The notes under the pieces are model-generated. The model did no database searches. It worked only from the letters and a program-made list of their open reading frames with translations, and was not told where the DNA came from. 32,765 bases of DNA from a virus (Duplodnaviria; Caudoviricetes), in the IMG/VR virus record IMGVR_UViG_3300037634_008553, positions 1-32,765 of that record. One strand, 5' to 3'. Numbering within the stretch: the stretch's first letter is position 1; every line of letters begins with the position of its first letter. A program made the translations under genes and the position numbers. Positions 28,347 to 32,765 of the stretch are shown piece after piece.

Positions 28347-28741
28347 TGAAATTTTCAAGACAGCAATTAAAATCTTTAATTAAAGAGTGTGTTAAAGAAG
28401 TTATTTTTGAGGAGGGCTTCCTTTCAGGAATTATTTCTGAAGTTGTGGTTGGTCTAAACAAGGCCCCTCTCCTTGAACAAAAAACCGCGACAGAAGCTAT
28501 GCCTCCAACTCGTAGAAAAGAGGTTAAAAAGAGGGTGTCAAAAAACAGAAAAATGCTTTTAGATGCAATTGGGAAAGACGCATACGGGGATGTAGATTTG
28601 TTTGAAGGAACTCGCCCTTTAACCACCTCTCAAGCATCTGGACCCCCTGCCGAAGGTGCGCTCGCCGGTGTAGACCCAGATGATGCTGGTATAAATGTTA
28701 ATAATATACCCGGCGCCGCTAACTGGAAGAATTTAATTTGA
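28346..28741 (+). CDS. Putative prohead core/internal protein
   Basis: ATG 28346 overlaps the protease stop. Starts MKFSRQQLKSLIKECVKEVIFEEG, with multiple I/L/V-x-E sites. Confidence 0.5.
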   Translation: MKFSRQQLKSLIKECVKEVIFEEGFLSGIISEVVVGLNKAPLLEQKTATEAMPPTRRKEVKKRVSKNRKMLLDAIGKDAYGDVDLFEGTRPLTTSQASGPPAEGALAGVDPDDAGINVNNIPGAANWKNLI

Positions 28742-28753
28742 GTGGAGAATAAT

Positions 28754-28963
28754 GTGGCTAGAGGATATCACGTACAAGTGGAAGCAAGAAGAAATGAGCC
28801 GTTTGAGAAATTGCTTAAACGCTTTTCTAAAAAAGTAAAACAGGAAAAAATTATGGAAGAGTGCAGAGAGCGCATGTATTATATAAAGCCTTCTGTTAAA
28901 AGAAGAAAAGACGCGGTTAAAAGAAAAAGAGTTTTGCAGAAATTAAAAAAAGTATCTAATTAA
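28754..28963 (+). CDS. rpsU: Phage-encoded 30S ribosomal protein bS21
   Basis: VQVEARRNEPFEKLLKRFSKKVKQEKIMEECRERMYYIKPSVKRR matches the bS21 pattern. Likely GTG start at 28754 with GGAG at 28744-28747; the ORF track uses 28742. Confidence 0.88.
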   Translation: MARGYHVQVEARRNEPFEKLLKRFSKKVKQEKIMEECRERMYYIKPSVKRRKDAVKRKRVLQKLKKVSN

Positions 28964-28978
28964 GGAAGAGGAAAAAGA

Positions 28979-29467
28979 ATGGTAGCATCAACAAAATTTA
29001 TGTGGAAAGAGCCGGCCCTAGGTAGTGTCGGCCAATATCAGATGAGCGGCATTCCATTTGTGACAGCCTCTTTTCCAATGCCAGAGGTAACCGCCCTCCA
29101 TGACGCCAGCATTGCGCTGGGAGAGATGGTAACAATTGAATTCCCAAATGTAACTAGGTGGATTACAGTGGTTAATGAGGCAACTGGCTCAGAAAAGCCT
29201 TTAAGATTTGGTTTTTCTTCTCAGGGTGTATATGGAGAAATGAATACGACTCCAAAAGATAAGAACTATTTTGTTTTAAACAATGCAGAATCTTTTACTG
29301 GGGAGTGGCGAGCAAGTAAATTATTTTTAATAGCCGCCGGCGGCCCGGTCAACATGGTTGGTTTCCCCGTTTCTGCCACTACGGCCTCTGTAATGGCCGG
29401 ATTGACCGGCATTCCCGGTGAAAAGAATTTGCCTCGCAATTGGTCTGGCTCTCTGGGTGTGGGCTGA
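28979..29467 (+). CDS. Hypothetical virion (possible head decoration) protein
   Basis: SD GAGGA at 28968-28972. Beta-rich sequence GSVGQYQMSGIPFVTAS...IEFPNVTRWITV. Confidence 0.5.
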   Translation: MVASTKFMWKEPALGSVGQYQMSGIPFVTASFPMPEVTALHDASIALGEMVTIEFPNVTRWITVVNEATGSEKPLRFGFSSQGVYGEMNTTPKDKNYFVLNNAESFTGEWRASKLFLIAAGGPVNMVGFPVSATTASVMAGLTGIPGEKNLPRNWSGSLGVG

Positions 29468-30306
29468 TGCAAAGAAGTGGATTTGGCGCGCGAAATTCAA
29501 AATCGATTAGCTCTACATCTTCTGGAAGACAAACTGCAGTGCAGCGCGCTGGCGGCCCCAATAGTTTGATTCGCGCAATTGCCGGCTCTGATTTGGCCGT
29601 TTGGCTTGATGCTGACGACATAACAGTTGCCGATGCCGCAAATGTGACAACATGGCCGGCAAAAGAGGGGGATTCCCCATCTCAAAATAGTGTCACTCCT
29701 CGACCGCCGACTTTCGATGTTGACGGCGTAAACGGCCGGCCGGCCGTGTTGTTTGACGGCTCCAATGAATGTTTACAGTTCGTTGTCGGCGGTTTAACAT
29801 CTAATCAAATGGCTAATACAATTGCGTCGACGAATTCCTGCACCGCGGCAACCGCAGTAATTTTAGAGCTTGGAGCAACTTATCACGACGGCACTGACGG
29901 CATCGTCTTGGGCTATTCCACCGGCAACTCTTGGGCAGGCTTGGGCAACGGGACGGATAGTTATGAAACCTCTACTGTCACTTGTGCCGGCGCCGGCATT
30001 GGCAATAATGTACTTGTTGCCGCTTATGATAGAAGCCCCACAACAGACACAATAAAAAATTATATTAGTGGAGCCCCAGTAACTCCAAATTTGGAGAAAT
30101 TTGTTAATTCAACAGACCCTACAGATTGGGAGGGTCAAGTAACCAATATTGGCTCACGGAATAATGGTGCATCCTTGCCGTTGGCGGGGAATATTAGAGA
30201 ACTTATTGTAATTAATCGTGCACTTGACGCCGGCGAAGCCTTTAGACTGTCAAAGGCACTTATGTTTAAATCAGGCGTAACTAAGCTGTTGAGCGGCTAT
30301 GCTTAG
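29467..30306 (+). CDS. LamG/concanavalin A-like jelly-roll domain protein
   Basis: Start revised to ATG 29467 (TGATG overlap). Motifs LAVWLDADD, NGRPAVLFDG and NIGSR...GNIRELIVINRAL. Confidence 0.7.
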   Translation: MQRSGFGARNSKSISSTSSGRQTAVQRAGGPNSLIRAIAGSDLAVWLDADDITVADAANVTTWPAKEGDSPSQNSVTPRPPTFDVDGVNGRPAVLFDGSNECLQFVVGGLTSNQMANTIASTNSCTAATAVILELGATYHDGTDGIVLGYSTGNSWAGLGNGTDSYETSTVTCAGAGIGNNVLVAAYDRSPTTDTIKNYISGAPVTPNLEKFVNSTDPTDWEGQVTNIGSRNNGASLPLAGNIRELIVINRALDAGEAFRLSKALMFKSGVTKLLSGYA

Positions 30307-30332
30307 TAATAAGTCATTTCCCCTTTTTAAAT

Positions 30333-30341
30333 ACTATTTAT
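30333..30341 (+). promoter_or_regulatory. Candidate late promoter ACTATTTAT for the scaffold/major capsid genes
   Basis: Intergenic, ~30 nt upstream of ATG 30372. Confidence 0.5.
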
Positions 30342-30371
30342 TGATAGCTAGTTATATCAGGAGAGTACTCG

Positions 30372-31460
30372 ATGTCAACAATGTTAGAGCAGGCCATAGT
30401 AGACGCATCAGCATTGCGTGAGGCAGCAATCCAAAACGCCGAGCAGGCCGTTGTTGCTAAATTTTCAAATCAAATTAAAGAAACCGTAGAAACTTTACTT
30501 GAACAAGATGAGGGGGGTTTCGATCCCATGGGTGAAACCCCCGGTGCCGAAGGCGAAATTCCTGTCGCTGCAGTTCCTGAGAGTTATGGTAAGGACGAAA
30601 ACGCTCCTGAAGACGAAGATGAAAAAAGCATTGTTGAAAAACAATTGGATAAAATCGAAGGTAAGGCTTATGCTTTTGGGGATGGCACTGAAGAAACTCA
30701 ATTTGCACTTCAAGAAGATGAGCTTATTGAAATCGATTTAGAAAAAATTGTTGCTGAAGGTGTTGTTGACGTAGACGAACAGCAACTTAAAGAAATCGTT
30801 GAAGATAATGAAATGATTGAATTAGACGATGAAGAGCTTTCTCAATTAGAAGAAAAAATAACTTTTGCTCATAATATCGAGCGTTCTGGATGGATGAATG
30901 TTCCTGATAAACCGGTTATTACGGCAAAATTATTGAACAAGATTCGTAATGAAATTGAAGAATACAATGTAGAGGTTGAAGACAAAAAAGACAAACAGGC
31001 CAAAAGAGAGAGAGCAATAAAAGAAAAATTACGAAAAGAAAACAAAAGACTTGCGGGAAAAAATGCAAGTTTAATAAAAGAACGAAAACAAATTATAAAT
31101 TATAGTCAAAAACTTTTAGAAACGGTTACGCAACTAAAAGAAAAATTTGACGAAGTTCAATTAATGAACGTAAAACTTCTATACACCAATAAAGTTTTAA
31201 AAGATGACTCTTTGAATGAGCGGCAAAAAAATGAAATTGTCGAATCTTTAAATGACGTTGATGATATGGATAAAGCGAAGATTGTGTATGAAACACTTCA
31301 AAGCGCAGTGGGGGCTTCTTATAAAAGAAACCCAAAATCTCTGAGCGAAGCTGTGGGCAGACACGCTTCTACTTCTATTCTTCTTAAATCTCAAAAGGGA
31401 AACAAGGAAGATACAAATAATATGCTTGCCAAGCGTATGAAAAAGTTGGCGGGCATATAA
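30372..31460 (+). CDS. Prohead scaffolding/core protein (gp22-like position)
   Basis: SD AGGAG at 30359-30363. Highly acidic middle, coiled coil, many L/I-x-E sites, ends RMKKLAGI. Immediately precedes the capsid gene. Confidence 0.75.
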   Translation: MSTMLEQAIVDASALREAAIQNAEQAVVAKFSNQIKETVETLLEQDEGGFDPMGETPGAEGEIPVAAVPESYGKDENAPEDEDEKSIVEKQLDKIEGKAYAFGDGTEETQFALQEDELIEIDLEKIVAEGVVDVDEQQLKEIVEDNEMIELDDEELSQLEEKITFAHNIERSGWMNVPDKPVITAKLLNKIRNEIEEYNVEVEDKKDKQAKRERAIKEKLRKENKRLAGKNASLIKERKQIINYSQKLLETVTQLKEKFDEVQLMNVKLLYTNKVLKDDSLNERQKNEIVESLNDVDDMDKAKIVYETLQSAVGASYKRNPKSLSEAVGRHASTSILLKSQKGNKEDTNNMLAKRMKKLAGI

Positions 31461-31494
31461 CAATTGAAGAACTAACCTAAAGGAGGAAAATGAT

Positions 31495-32765
31495 ATGTCA
31501 ATTGTAGAAAGATTAACTGAAAATATCGTTGACCGCGATCTTCAAAAAGAAGGAGCAGCCCTGCTTAATAAGTGGGAGAAGACTGGTCTTTTGGAAGGTC
31601 TAGGCAACGAACAACAAAAAAATGGGATGGCCCGCCTATTAGAAAATCAGGCCAAAGAGCTTCTTCGCGAAGCTTCAACGATGAGCGCTGGTGATGTTGA
31701 GGGCTTTGCAGCCGTCGCATTTCCGATCGTCCGTCGTGTATTCGGTGGCTTAATTGCCAACGAGATCGTATCGGTCCAGCCGATGAGTTTGCCCTCGGGC
31801 CTCATCTTCTTCTTGGATTTCGTATACGACGAAAACCTTTACAAGGTTAACAATGATGTGGACATTTTTGCAACTGCACCAGATACTACATTTAACCCCG
31901 CACAGCCAGCGGTTGGCGGCCCACCTCGTGCCGCACAGCGCTCGGTTTATGGTGGTGGTGTTGTAGGTGCCGGCTTGATCGGTGGTGTTGAACTTGGTGG
32001 TGACGAAGCCGAACAGAGCTATTACGCTCTTAACCAAGGCTTTACTTCGCCAACTGGTTCTGGTGTATTCGCCGCTCTTACGGTTGTGGCGAACGGTGTT
32101 GTTGGTTCTGGCCTCGGAGATGACGTTCAAGTGGCTCCGTTGCCTGTTACTGATCCAAGTCTAGGCGGCGGTGTCATTCGTGCAAGCTTAAGTTCTTTGT
32201 GTAATTACGATCCAGATCTGGAAGGAGCTGCGGTTTGTGTTATTACCGTTCCGGGCGACCCGCAGCTATTACCGTTTAATCGTGAAGATTTAATCAGTCT
32301 TACGCTTTCAGGTTCTGCTAATGTGGAAGCTGGTACAGTGCAGGCTCTTCATACTACGGGAAGCCAGCAAGTTCGTCGGCTGACTGGTTTGATTGGCAGA
32401 ACGGCGGCGTTGGCTACTGCTAACCCGTCTGCTCTTGATCCGATTGATCCTGTTAACACAACCATTAAGTTGGTTGTTCGTTCGACTGGTAGTACGGCCG
32501 CGCATGCGACTCAATTGGCGGCTGACCTCGCCGGAATTTCTACGCTTGCTTACAAGTTTGTTCGTGAAGATACGTGGGGCCCGGGCGCCGGTGTTCCCGG
32601 TTCTGTTGCGGCACTCCTGCTTGCCTTGGAAGGCGCGCAGGGCGACAATGCTAACGCGGGTGGCGATGATATTAATGCCAATTCGGATATGGAAATGGCA
32701 GAGATCAACATTCGTGTTGATAGTATCGCTGTTACTGCAACCACTAAGAAGCTTAAGGCTAAGTG
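31495..32765 (+). CDS. Major capsid protein (T4 gp23-like), 3'-truncated, absent from the ORF track
   Basis: SD AAGGAGG at 31480-31486. Open to the window end: MSIVERLTE...KWEKTGLLEGL...LLENQ...FPIVRRVFGGLIANEIVSVQPMSLPSGLIFFLDF...EINIRVDSIAVTATTKKLKAK. Confidence 0.95.
   Translation, partial: MSIVERLTENIVDRDLQKEGAALLNKWEKTGLLEGLGNEQQKNGMARLLENQAKELLREASTMSAGDVEGFAAVAFPIVRRVFGGLIANEIVSVQPMSLPSGLIFFLDFVYDENLYKVNNDVDIFATAPDTTFNPAQPAVGGPPRAAQRSVYGGGVVGAGLIGGVELGGDEAEQSYYALNQGFTSPTGSGVFAALTVVANGVVGSGLGDDVQVAPLPVTDPSLGGGVIRASLSSLCNYDPDLEGAAVCVITVPGDPQLLPFNREDLISLTLSGSANVEAGTVQALHTTGSQQVRRLTGLIGRTAALATANPSALDPIDPVNTTIKLVVRSTGSTAAHATQLAADLAGISTLAYKFVREDTWGPGAGVPGSVAALLLALEGAQGDNANAGGDDINANSDMEMAEINIRVDSIAVTATTKKLKAK

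Noticed and set aside
93-32744. All minus-strand ORFs and short nested plus-strand ORFs in the track (e.g. 16908..17444, 24861..25310, 31750..32130)
   Set aside because: They lie within well-supported + strand genes, lack recognisable motifs, and look like shadow frames.
1-32765. Alternative genetic code (stop-codon reassignment seen in some large phages)
   Set aside because: Genes are full length under code 11, and TAA, TAG and TGA all terminate genes at tight junctions.
1-32765. tRNA, rRNA or other long ncRNA genes
   Set aside because: Intergenic gaps are under ~75 nt and show no cloverleaf or recognisable RNA family.

Overview
The window is part of a large T4-like (Caudoviricetes, probably jumbo or myovirus-type) phage genome read in the standard genetic code, with all credible genes on the + strand. 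From 5' to 3' it carries large virion/baseplate-type proteins (<1-13891), a RuvC-like resolvase, DnaG-type primase and fused SbcD-SbcC (gp47-gp46) (13888-18507), and small putative internal-head and lysis genes (18518-20946). It then carries the head/packaging module: terminase, portal, prohead protease, ribosomal protein bS21, a LamG-like protein, scaffold, and a gp23-like major capsid gene (31495->end) that the ORF track missed. The most notable observations are: (1) a family of otherwise unrelated small proteins sharing N-terminal leaders that resemble the T4 capsid-targeting sequence; (2) one of these genes flanked by a perfect 26-bp direct repeat that creates an 11-codon coupling leader; (3) bS21 inside a Shine-Dalgarno-rich late operon; (4) a candidate late promoter ACTAWTTA; (5) TGS/SGS/SAS enrichment largely restricted to virion proteins; (6) an unannotated Cys-rich 35-aa ORF with a hairpin next to a membrane CxxC protein; and (7) excess GGCGCC/GCCGGC palindromes. 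All calls come from motif recognition by eye; no searches were run.
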